Source of the DNA: Octopus bimaculoides
Lineage: Eukaryota
Direction: 5' to 3'
Length of the DNA: 64,000 bases
Assembly: GCF_001194135.2 (NCBI RefSeq)
Contig: NC_069007.1
Coordinates: 753,419 to 817,418, forward strand
The notes below the pieces were generated by a model. That model had not been told where the DNA came from. It saw nothing but the letters and a program-made list of their open reading frames with translations, and searched no databases. Positions 52,917-64,000 of the stretch are shown piece by piece (positions within the stretch are counted from its first letter, which is position 1; the number at the start of each line of letters is the position of its first letter). Both the position numbers and the translations under genes were made by a program.

Positions 52917-53610
52917 TATTATTGTTATTATTATTATTTTTAGTGTTTTATCTGCCACAAGGTCCCAAATATTGGGGACCGCGCAATGGTAAAGTACATA
53001 AGAAAACAAAAAAAAAATTGAAATAGCGTGGAATTGACAGGGATTAAAATGGTCAGAACACATGAAAGCACTAAAAAGACAATAATAAATAGGTAATCCT
53101 TTATAAATAGCACTTAATGTAGGGAACACGATAAGAAAGAATGTATAACGATATTTCAGACAAGCAAAATGGAACAATCCACATAGAAACCAATATTATC
53201 CAGATATACCAATCGGCCAAAATCTGTAGCTCGAATGAGAGTATTTTGAAATGTCTTGCAAGTTGTGCATTGTTTTCTAAAATCGTATTTCTTTTCAAGA
53301 AGACGGTAAAAGTGTTGGAGATTTAGTCTCAGAGGAGAAGCACTGTTGTCAGGCCTTTCTGCCACATCCAACAGAAAATATATTCGGTTTTAGTCACTGA
53401 AAGAAAGATGAATCAATATGTGAGTAAACGAAGATGTTACTTCGAACTTATTCAGAGACGTGACTGAGCAACGAAACCATTATGAGTTTCCCGGTGAGAA
53501 GTGTTAATAAGAGAACTGCCATTCCTTATGTGCTTCACATAACACATCAGTATAAATTGCCCGAAACAATCCAAACTTTTCGATTACCTTCTTACATTTG
53601 TGAGAGGTAT

Positions 53611-53725
53611 GAGCCACTTCTTCACTACAGGTTTCACTTCCTCGTCACTGGAATAATGTTTGCCTCTCAAACCATCTTTCATGGGACTGAAGAGTTTGAA
53701 GTCGCTAACTTGGCGAGTGTGGAGG
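53611..53725 (-). mobile_element. mariner-family transposase C-terminal relic
   Basis: Minus strand reads PPHSP (frameshift) ..DFKLFSPMKDGLRGKHYSSDEEVKPVVKKWL, matching the mariner HPPYSPDLAPSD(Y/F).LF..LK..L.GK.F....EV....W region that contains the third catalytic Asp. Confidence 0.85.
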
Positions 53726-53984
53726 TATGCATGCATGTAGGTAGGTAAAATTGCTGGTAAGGGCAGCGTATTTCGTTATCCAACTGCAATAAACAGTCAT
53801 CTATATCAAATGCTTGTAAGTCAATACAGCGTCCTACTTGTATTATTAGCAGATTCAATCACTTTTTAACACGATCAAAAGTGACGATGTTTCGCACTCT
53901 CACATGAATACGTCTAAGTAAGCGATGCAGAAGTAGATATAAAAATAGGTAACAGGTGTATATGTGTGTGTGTACATATATATA

Positions 53985-54034
53985 TACTTTTATCTGTTTC
54001 AGTCATTCGACTGTGGCCATGCTGGAGCACCGCT
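53985..54034 (-). mobile_element. SINE family B, 3' tip
   Basis: TACTTTTATCTGTTTCAGTCATTCGACTGTGGCCATGCTGGAGCACCGC. Confidence 0.85.
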
Positions 54035-54119
54035 TGACATTATATATGTATATTTTACCATTTAATTTCATAAGAATATAAATAAGACATAAAAAACAGA
54101 CAGAGTAGGAACTCTTTTA

Positions 54120-54172
<53 letters not shown>

Positions 54173-54655
54173 GACAAACGGACAAACGATAAGAGGATAA
54201 CAGACACAAAGTGAACAAGAACGCTCTGAGAATGAGGGAGACAAGGACATTTATTGTAAAAGGATGCAATGGAAATTGCTGTATTTAAAATGCTCGGCAT
54301 GTTCGCCAGTTAGCGAACTCAGCCGATTTTTTACAACACTTAATTGGTCAAAAGAGACTGCTTGTAAATCCATCGAAGAGTATAAACACTTTAATAGATT
54401 TTTACAATTTAAATAAATTCTATTTTCACTTTAGCCGAAAGAACTATGTCACTGTCAATGATTTGGCTTCGATACAAGAACGAATGCGATCTTCTCAAAT
54501 GGATGGAATTAAAATTAGTGAGTAGACGCTGTGGGCTGAATGGGTGTCTGTGTAGGGGAGATATCGGTAGCGTAGTGTATGTATTCATGTGTGTGTGGGT
54601 GTGTGTTAGGTTTGTGTATGTATCTATGTATGTGTGTGTACGTGTATACGTGTCG

Positions 54656-54689
<34 letters not shown>

Positions 54690-54831
54690 CGGCTGATATA
54701 TATGTTGCATATACTCACACTCACACACACACACACACACACACAGACGCACAGTAGCAAATGCATTAATGTGTCTATATCTCCATATAGTCTCACGTGA
54801 AATTATATTTATGTGAATATATTTGTATATG

Positions 54832-54882
<51 letters not shown>

Positions 54883-55515
54883 GTATGTCTATATGTACAT
54901 ATATGTGTGAGCGTGTATGCATATATATAAGGCATTGAGGGCGGGAGAATCAGAGAGAATGTAACGTAATACCTACACACATTGATCTGATTAAAGATGA
55001 TTAAATTAAGAGTCTTGTTTCCTTTATATATTATCATTGCTCAGCTTTAGGTCAACCTTGATGGAAAAGTTATTACCGAAGAAAACCACATCTTTTATTC
55101 AGACTTAATTCTATCCCGGACGAATATGTGTAATGCGTTCTTACAGACGCTGCGATGTAATTTGGTTAATAGTTTTGGAAACTAAGCAAACTGCCTAGAA
55201 GAGCGAAGATTGTTTTATCTACTTGGCTAGATCGTGAATTGAGCATCATCTGGCTGCTATTTTTAGTAGACCCAATAACCAAGCTCGTTTTCAATCTTGT
55301 TAATGAATATTATCATTATTCTGTTTTGATACGGCAGTTGCTTAATGAATACGTATCGGTGTACTTATTATAGACACAATTCACACATCGTGTCCCATGT
55401 AGCTATGTAGTTGAGCTTCCTCATAATCTAAAATTTCAGATTTCAAAAGATAACAATGATATTCAATTTTTAGTAATATAAATTTGAACTGGAAATTTCC
55501 TATATATGTATTCCG

Positions 55516-55707
55516 TTATTGTTATACTTGTTGCTGTCATTTTGACTGTGGCCATGCTAGAGCACCGCCCATTTATTCGAAGAAATCAACCCCTGGACTT
55601 ATTCCTTGTAAGCCTGCTACTTATTCTATCGTGCCCTTGTGCCGAACCGCTAGGTAACGGATGCGTAAACACACCGATAGCGGTTGTCAAACCGTGGTGA
55701 GGACCAA

Positions 55708-55784
<77 letters not shown>

Positions 55785-55937
55785 TAGACACACACACAAC
55801 GAGCTTCTTTCAAGTTCTGTCTACGAAATCCACTCAGAAGAACTTGGTCGGCCCGTGACTTAGAGTAGAAGACAATTGCCGAAGGTTCTTCGCAGTGGAA
55901 TTGAACCCGGAACCATATGGTTGGATAGCAAGCTTAT
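55516..55937 (-). mobile_element. SINE family B, full-length with central (CA)/(TA) microsatellite
   Basis: 3' half 55516-55712 (GACTGTGGCCATGCTAGAGCACC..GCCGAACCGCTAGG..), microsatellite 55710-55797, tRNA-like 5' half 55799-55937 (GTAGAAGACAATTGCC..GTGGAATTGAACCCGGAACC). Confidence 0.88.
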
Positions 55938-56584
55938 CTGCAGAACACTTAAAATCTTGTGAGTTGCATTCAGTTGGCGGAAACTGTGTGGGACCAGTGT
56001 TATTGATTGTTCTTGGTTTTCCGAAATAAACTTACTCCACGGCCCTGTTTAACGTCTTTACCGTCTCTACTGCCCACCTGGATGCTTTCAAAGGTGCCAA
56101 ACCTGTTGCAAACATTCATCTTTCCTCTCCAGCCTGAGTGCAAGTTCGTCCTTTTCGCTCACCAGTGATAGAGGTCATGAAAAGCGTCTGAGGCGTCGCT
56201 CTTTATATTGTAACTGATCTACTGTTTAATCAAAATGAATTTTGGACATGACAACTGTGATATCAGTAACTAATCGAGGTAATTGTTTTATAAACATTTT
56301 GTATGTTGAGACCGTGTTTACAACATGGCCATCAAGTCGTGTTTAAATGTTAGGGGGTGGGTGACACATCGAGAGAGACAGAGACAGAAAAAGGCAGAGA
56401 GCGGGGGGGGGAGAGGACAATACATTATGTGTTATCAACTTGGACAATTACGAAAGAGAAAGAGAAAATGGGAGAATGTGAGTGTGTGTGTGTGTGTGTA
56501 ATTGGTGGGGGTAGGAGGTGCTCGCGCATAAAACGGAGTATGGGGAAGAAAAATATCAGATTCTCACTCTGGACAATTATGAGA

Positions 56585-56667
56585 GTGAATGTGAGGGAAA
56601 AATCATAGAGAGAGAGAGAGAGAGAGACAGAGAGAGAGAGAGAAATAGAGAGAGAGAAATAGAGAGA

Positions 56668-56703
<36 letters not shown>

Positions 56704-56765
56704 AATAGAGAGAGAGAGAGAGATGCAGAGAGAGAGAGAGGCAGAGAGAGAGAGATGCAGAGATA
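56585..56765 (+). repeat. (GA)n compound polypurine tract
   Basis: About 175 nt of AG repeats with AC and AAAT interruptions. Confidence 0.95.
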
Positions 56766-57441
56766 GGGGGAGAAAGTGTGTCGATGTGCATGTCAGCTTC
56801 GGCAATTATGACAGATAATGTGAATGTATTGTGTGTGTGCGTGCGTATGTGCGTGTGCGCAGTTTTAAGAGAATACATATGTGAGTGAGAGAGAAAGAGA
56901 GAGAGAGAAATGCTTATGAAAAAGGTCGAGACCACAAGATGTCAACTCGACCAATTATGAGCAATATTTAGCTTCATGGAACTAATTCTTTCCAGACTTA
57001 TCAAGTTCCAGATTCAACAAACGGAATCGTAACCCAAAACACAGCAAACAATTTCTTTTTAAATGAACCAACAAAATCTGTAAATGGTAAAAATTAACAG
57101 CCAAATTTTACTTAAATCGCTCAACATCCTTTTGTATCTGAGAAGGAGGAGCGAAGGACATGTAACGGTCCTGCAGTCAGGGATACAGAAAACTGAGAAG
57201 GTAGTAAACGAAACGGGTGTTATTCTCATTGATCGGCTAACCAAGAATTAGATAACCGCAAGAGAAAAGGCATTACTTCAGAACGTGACTGAGTTGAAGC
57301 AGACTTAACAGTTAAACCTCCCGCAATGTCTAACCGGGAAATTCATATCAGGCTGCGAGAACATAATCTATAATGGAGTCCGAAATACACTATGCCTAAA
57401 TTAAAATATTTGTCATGGCTGATAAATTTTCACAGCTATGG

Positions 57442-57519
<78 letters not shown>

Positions 57520-57616
57520 TATATGTATATATGTGGAATAGTATTATAACACATCTTTTTGACATATATACGACGGGCTTCCACACAGCATTACATAGTC
57601 GCATTCACCCCGCATC

Positions 57617-57796
57617 CAATAATTTCGGCACAAGGCCGGCAAGTTTGGCGGAGGGGTTAAGTCGATTATATCTAGTACTTATTTTACTGACCCGGAACAG
57701 ATGTAAATTAAAGTCGACCTGGGTGGAATGTGAACTCAGAACATAAAACTTGACGAAATATAGCTAAGAATTTTGCCCTGTCTGCTAACGACGCTG
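57617..57796 (-). mobile_element. SINE family A, with a family B fragment (57563-57588) immediately upstream
   Basis: TTCGGCACAAGGCCGGC..GTCGATTATATC..AAAGTCGACCTGGGTGGAATGTGAACTCAGAAC..GACGAAAT..GCTAACGACGCTG. Confidence 0.8.
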
Positions 57797-58830
57797 AATT
57801 AGAAAATAATAAAATTGAAAATAATATCTATCAGTCATATAAGGGGGTTGATAACAATCGACTAAACCGCTTCGTTCTGGTTCCATTTTTAAACTTTTCT
57901 TAAAGTGTAATGAAAATTATGTGAAAAATGGAAAGCTTCTGGAGAAGATTCGACCTCAGAGAATTCGGAAAGCCGTGCAACGTAAAAAATGTCTGTACGT
58001 GGTTCTTGGGCTTGCTAGTCACAGCCTGTCACATTGGATGATGCAGTCCTAGATACACTTCATGTGAATAAAATTAATTTTGATTTCGTTCCGTAGAATT
58101 CTTTTGATCAGAGGTCTCTCCTTCAACAGGACCCGAGAAGTGTTAGAGATAGCAGCCAAATCTATTTTAATCACACACATGAAACATCGTATCATGTCTG
58201 AGGCTAGAAAAACTCGATCATATTCACTGGAATTTCTTTGATCTTAACTTTCGCCGATCAAGGTGGGCCTGGGGTTAAACAAAGAAAATAGCAAGAAAAA
58301 CAACAATATCTTTTCGGTAAGATATTCTAGTTTCGGCACCAAAATTATTTTAGTTTAATTCCTTCCTAAGTTTTGTCTGTAAATGAAATAAGGGAAATCA
58401 TGATAAGTTGCGTGTTGCATTGTGGAATGGCATCGAAGTAAGATTTGGTAATGTCTCGCAGGGGAACAATTTATTGTCTTGAAGCAAAGAATGGCAATGA
58501 AATAGATCTAAAGAGTATTTTATTTCGTGGATGCTTCCTGAGATATTTCCTTGACCAAAANNNNNNNNNNGGGGGGGGGGGGATGAAGTGGTTTGTAGAA
58601 GTGGATTACAGGAGAGGGAGGGGAGCCATCTCAGAGGAAGTAGAGAGAAAGAAAGAATTTAAAGGAGTGGGAGAGAGGCGAAGGTGAGGGGGTTAGACGG
58701 AAAATAAAACACGGAGAAAGAGTGAGACAGCATGAAAGGGGGGTGAGGTAGGCGAGGTTCAGAAAGGAGGGGAAGCAACGAGCAAAGTGCGAATATAAGG
58801 GTAACAAATATAACTATACACTATGATGCT

Positions 58831-58879
<49 letters not shown>

Positions 58880-59259
58880 AATACACACACACACACATCT
58901 ATATATATGTATTGTTTTCTTGTTTTACATGTTTTAGTAATTTGACTGCGACCACCACCTTTTTTTATCTATACANNNNNNNNNNNNNNNNNNNNNNNNN
59001 NNNNNNNNNNNNNNNNNNNNNNNNNNNNNNNNNNNNNNNNNNNNNNNNNNNNNNNNNNNNNNNNNNNNNNNNNNNNNNNNNNNNNNNNNNNNNNNNNNNN
59101 NNNNNNNNNNNNNNNNNNNNNNNNNNNNNNNNNNNNNNNNNNNNNNNNNNNNNNNNNNNNNNNNNNNNNNNNNNNNNNNNNNNNNNNNNNNNNNNNNNNN
59201 NNNNNNNNNNNNNNNNNNNNNNNNNNNNNNNNNNNNNNNNNNNNNNNNNNNNNNNNNNN

Positions 59260-59318
<59 letters not shown>

Positions 59319-60213
59319 GATGATGAGATATAGAGAGAGATAGATAGAGACAGAATGAAAGAAAGAATACTGTTGAATTGAAATGCAAGTACATATTCGG
59401 TTCCGGTGCAAGCGTGGGGTTCATGAAGTGCCGATATGTTATTGCCAATCGACTCTAAATAGACTTACCTGTGATTCTGAACTTATTACACGGAACAATA
59501 GACAAATTGCGAACAGAAACAGTATATATATATCGGTATTTTGAAATCACAATGGTTTTGTAGTCGTATTTATTAACCATGGTAAAACATATATTTTTAA
59601 AGAAATTTCGAGCGAAATGTGTTAGCATGTAAACTATGCTCTATCCATGTATGTATGTATTAATATATATATATATATANNNNNNNNNNNNNNNNNNNNN
59701 NNNNNNNNNNNNNNNNNNNNNNNNNNNNNNNNNNNNNNNNNNNNNNNNNNNNNNNNNNNNNNNNNNNNNNNNNNNNNNNNNNNNNNNNNNNNNNNNNNNN
59801 NNNNNNNNNNNNNNNNNNNNNNNNNNNNNNNNNNNNNNNNNNNNNNNNNNNNNNNNNNNNNNNNNNNNNNNNNNNNNNNNNNNNNNNNNNNNNNNNNNNN
59901 NNNNNNNNNNNNNNNNNNNNNNNNNNNNNNNNNNNNNNNNNNNNNNNNNNNNNNNNNNNNNNNNNNNNNNNNNNNNNNNNNNNNNNNNNNNNNNNNNNNN
60001 NNNNNNNNNNNNNNNNNNNNNNNNNNNNNNNNNNNNNNNNNNNNNNNNNNNNNNNNNNNNNNNNNNNNNNNNNNNNNNNNNNNNNNNNNNNNNNNNNNNN
60101 NNNNNNNNNNNNNNNNNNNNNNNNNNNNNNNNNNNNNNNNNNNNNNNNNNNNNNNNNNNNNNNNNNNNNNNNNNNNNNNNNNNNNNNNNNNNNNNNNNNN
60201 NNNNNNNNNNNNN

Positions 60214-60263
<50 letters not shown>

Positions 60264-61011
60264 ACGCACAGACAAAATTAAGATATACAGGTATATATAA
60301 AATTGAATATATAAAAATATAAATCAATATGTTCTCTCTCACACAAATACACACACACGCGTATGTATGTATGCATATTAATTGCAAGCAGCGCTAATGT
60401 TGCAAACATTATCAACTACATATACTCAACGCCTACACCACGCACGTTCACTGTCAGGCTGTGGTTAGCTCAGTGGAGATGACCTCCTCAAAGAGCCCGG
60501 TGTTTAAACACCTGAGGGTCATAGACAGGTGAGACAAATCTTCCCAAATCCCTTTCAGGAGCGATGGACATCAATATTTCGCTATTTTGTCTTATCAGCA
60601 TCACGTATCTGAACTGATTTGCAGGCGAACTGAATCGCCACTATATATATATATATATATATATATNNNNNNNNNNNNNNNNNNNNNNNNNNNNNNNNNN
60701 NNNNNNNNNNNNNNNNNNNNNNNNNNNNNNNNNNNNNNNNNNNNNNNNNNNNNNNNNNNNNNNNNNNNNNNNNNNNNNNNNNNNNNNNNNNNNNNNNNNN
60801 NNNNNNNNNNNNNNNNNNNNNNNNNNNNNNNNNNNNNNNNNNNNNNNNNNNNNNNNNNNNNNNNNNNNNNNNNNNNNNNNNNNNNNNNNNNNNNNNNNNN
60901 NNNNNNNNNNNNNNNNNNNNNNNNNNNNNNNNNNNNNNNNNNNNNNNNNNNNNNNNNNNNNNNNNNNGCATACAATGTGTATGTGGGATGAATAACATGT
61001 CTGTGCGTTTG

Positions 61012-61084
<73 letters not shown>

Positions 61085-61146
61085 CACATACTAGCGTGAA
61101 TACTTACATACATAGATATATAAGGACATTATATAGGTGTGTGTGT

Positions 61147-61183
<37 letters not shown>

Positions 61184-61989
61184 CAGTCTAATGTATGAAA
61201 ATAGCAGGAGAAATGTTGCTGTAGTCGTACACGAACATATATGCCTGTAAATACACCATTGTAGAAACAGACAGAGAAAACAACGCTTGTGAGAGAAAAA
61301 CAGACAACGGGAACGTGTGAGTGAGGGAGAGAGAGAGAGAGATAAATAGAGAAAGAGAGAGAGAGGGAAAGTGAGGGAGAGAAATGGTAGCCAGAGAAAG
61401 AAAGAGAAAGTGAGGGAAGGAAAAGGTAGCCAAAGATGGAAAGCGAATCAGGAAAGAAATAGTTTGCGGTTTAATGAGTGTAAAGTTCTTTCGGCAAGAA
61501 ACAGCCAAGAGGGACCAGTATAGCTACAAGAATAATTTTGGTCAGTCTTAGAGAATTGGCATGATTAGCGCCGACATGAACGGGATGGGAAATACCATCT
61601 AGAGGGATGTTCTATGAATTTGCTTCTAATTTCGAATTGACATCTTGCAGAATTGTGGAATAAATAATAAGGAAACAAAAGATTCCTGAAGACTTTCAGT
61701 AAAGTCTTTTATGTGTTTATTGTTTATTTTATTTTTCTTCTTTCAACGCTTTTCATAAATCGATACCAAGTCGAAATCGAAGCTTGCCAGTCTACTCTAC
61801 TTGAAATCACAATGTTCATTTTCTGCCAGTTTCAGTTTTCTGCTTTGAATTTTCTTTCACTTTCCTTTTAGAAACCGAATTTGCTTCGCTACAATTATTT
61901 TTGAGTTGTTCAATACCATATTTAGTCGAGTCCATTTAGTTATTAGCTGGCTGCAGCCGACTTAATGGGTCATCTATTTACGATAACAC

Positions 61990-62690
61990 TACAACAGATT
62001 CACCTTTTAAGAACGCCACTTTGTTCCACTTCGGTGTTTGCCTTAATGAATTGCCTGTTTTACCTTCACGCCCCACCACTTAGGTACAGCATTTAGACGA
62101 GTCCACTTTGTTAAAAAAAAACATCAGAACCATGTTTCTGCTCGGATGATAACTGGCTTAACCGATGCATCCCTTTCTAATACAACAATCACTTGTAACT
62201 ATCTTATCTTTCGCTTCCTTCATCGCCAGCATTCAGTGTAAAATATCCATTTGTACACCCATTCGTTCTCTTAAAGAAAACGGTTAGCCCATCATCTCTG
62301 TATAAACCTAAAGCATGGGAAATGTAAACTACTTGAGAGCATTGACTATAATAATTCAACAAGGTCTGCAACCTCAGCCGCGTCATAAATAAGCCGAAGA
62401 GATGAGATTTCAAATAAAGGCTTGCTTTTATCTTTGACTCAGTAAAAGTCATAACGTATGAGTGTCATTTCGTAGCGCTCATAATTGTAATATGCTGATC
62501 ACTAATCTGATTCTCTTGCTTTTGGAGATCTAAAACTTTAAGGCAGTATTTTATTATAGAAGGTTATGCAAGTTAACAATGCTGTACAGGGTAAATTTAT
62601 TGTCTCATTGTTCACGCAAGCGCGGAATTCAATGGTAACGGCTGCACGGCAATTTCATTGAAATAATCAAGGACACTTTATAAATTGACA
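61990..62690 (-). mobile_element. Penelope-like element (PLE) reverse transcriptase relic
   Basis: Minus-strand frames read FQ*NCRAAV.. / KFTLYSIVN (frameshift) PSII..ISDQHITIM / *VKDKSKPLFEIS..YDAAEVADLVELL / GLYRDDGLTVF (62285-62308). These parallel PLE motifs FDIVNFYPSI, W.K...FDITMGSYDGAEVADLVG and GLYRDDGL. Confidence 0.85.
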
Positions 62691-63924
62691 ACATGGAGGC
62701 CTGTAGTTTTTCTTTTTCTTTAAAGAATAATGAAGGAGCACTTCACTGTTATCATTGTGCAATTTACTAAGTTAGCTTACTTATATGTATTAATGAAATT
62801 AAGTAGGAGCATGCTGCGTGAAACCTTCAGCACTCACTTGTAGTTATCTTACACGAGAAGCCAACGACAGTCCTAAGCAGGCAGTCGCATCAAATTATCT
62901 TAACGAAGGTTTCTCAAAACGCAGTAACAGCCATATTTGACTAGACGTCATGAATGACTAACAACTCGGGCACGAGAAAGACAAGGATTTTATTATCTTC
63001 AATGAAATTTTAATGACTACAGATTCAACGAAAGCTCCGAGTTAATACAAATAAATAGACGTGCTACACAGACATACATTTACAATGCGCGTTCAAGACT
63101 TTCACACTTATTCACACAGACAGACAGACAGACAGATAGATTGATAGGAGTATGCATATATACGGTGTATATCTTTCTACATCATCTATACATATATATG
63201 TAGTTTTATACGCATGCAAATACCTACCTACCTACCTACCTACCTACCTACCTGTCTATCTATCTTTCTATCCAAATACACACACACACACACACACACA
63301 CGTGTGTGTGTGTGTTATAAACATACAGATATGTATAATATTTTTGTAGATATATCGTAATATGCATACATATATATACATATATATGATAAAAACATTA
63401 TAATGGAGACATTGACCTTTGATTCTTAGCTCACTACAATATATCTTTTCATATAATTTTTATATCTTTCTATGTTTCATCTTTCTATCATACAAACCTA
63501 CGTGCGCACTTTACACACAGACACACACACACACAAACACACATATATACACACACTTCACCAGCTCTTCTCTCTCATGTTCTTGTCACAAAGCAGTTTT
63601 CATATATCGTAATTCCTTTCAATACTTGTCTTGAATCTGTTGCGTACATCTGCGTATGTATACGTGGGTATGTATCTGTTGTGTATGTGATGGCGTACGC
63701 GTGAGCGCGCGCGCGCGCGTGGCTCTCAGTACTTAGCCAAAGCCACCCTATTGTCGCTTTAAAGAAATATTTCATATATCAATGTTATGTTAAGGCTCTT
63801 CTATACCTATGTGTATATGTGTGTCTATATATATATGTGTGTGTGTATATATATATATATATCTATGTATATAAATATATCTATCTATGTTTGTATATAT
63901 AAGTATATGTATATATATGTATAT

Positions 63925-64000
63925 ATATATATATAAGTATATATATATATATATAAGTATATATATATATATATAAGTATATATATATATATATAAGTAT
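63925..64000. repeat. Minisatellite, unit of about 20 bp, (AT)nAAGT
   Basis: ATATATATATATATATAAGT repeated to the window end. Confidence 0.9.

Noticed and set aside
53885-53930. Second hammerhead-like string on the minus strand (..AGAC-GTATTC-loop-GAGTGC-GAAACATC)
   Set aside because: The CUGANGA core is not intact and there is no stem I. Similar partial matches at 16577 and 19270-19310 also fail.
59385-59445. Small hairpin, pre-miRNA-like length
   Set aside because: Only about 13 pairs with a 30-nt loop, no extended basal stem and no recognised miRNA.
60455-60530. tRNA-like start GCTGTGGTTAGCTCAGTGG
   Set aside because: A-box only; there is no B-box and no cloverleaf or acceptor stem.

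Overview
AT-rich, microsatellite-saturated animal genomic DNA from a draft assembly. It has 20 N-gaps totalling roughly 5.5 kb, most flanked by (TA)n/(CA)n/(GA)n runs. The tRNA-derived SINE families look like those I recall from octopod cephalopods (Octopus-like); this is inference, not a database result. I found no intact protein-coding gene, rRNA, true tRNA or CRISPR array, and nearly all ORF-track entries are translations of microsatellites, gaps or SINEs. The window reads as intronic or intergenic DNA. It holds about 25 SINE copies of 3 families and decayed retroelement relics: RTE-clade RT, two Dong/R4-clade pieces and a Penelope-like RT. It also holds decayed DNA-transposon relics (mariner, probable hAT) and two TA-flanked MITEs. 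The most interesting unexplained structures are: (1) a minimal hammerhead-ribozyme-like motif on the minus strand at 26128-26173; (2) a ~390-bp fold-back with ~158-bp arms at 41245-41631 whose arm differences favour G:U pairing on the + strand; (3) a SINE head with a triplicated Pol III A-box; (4) a minus-strand bias of SINEs suggesting a + strand host transcript; (5) two motif-dense unique segments that may be regulatory. All alignments, translations and counts were done by eye, and the boundaries of decayed elements are approximate.
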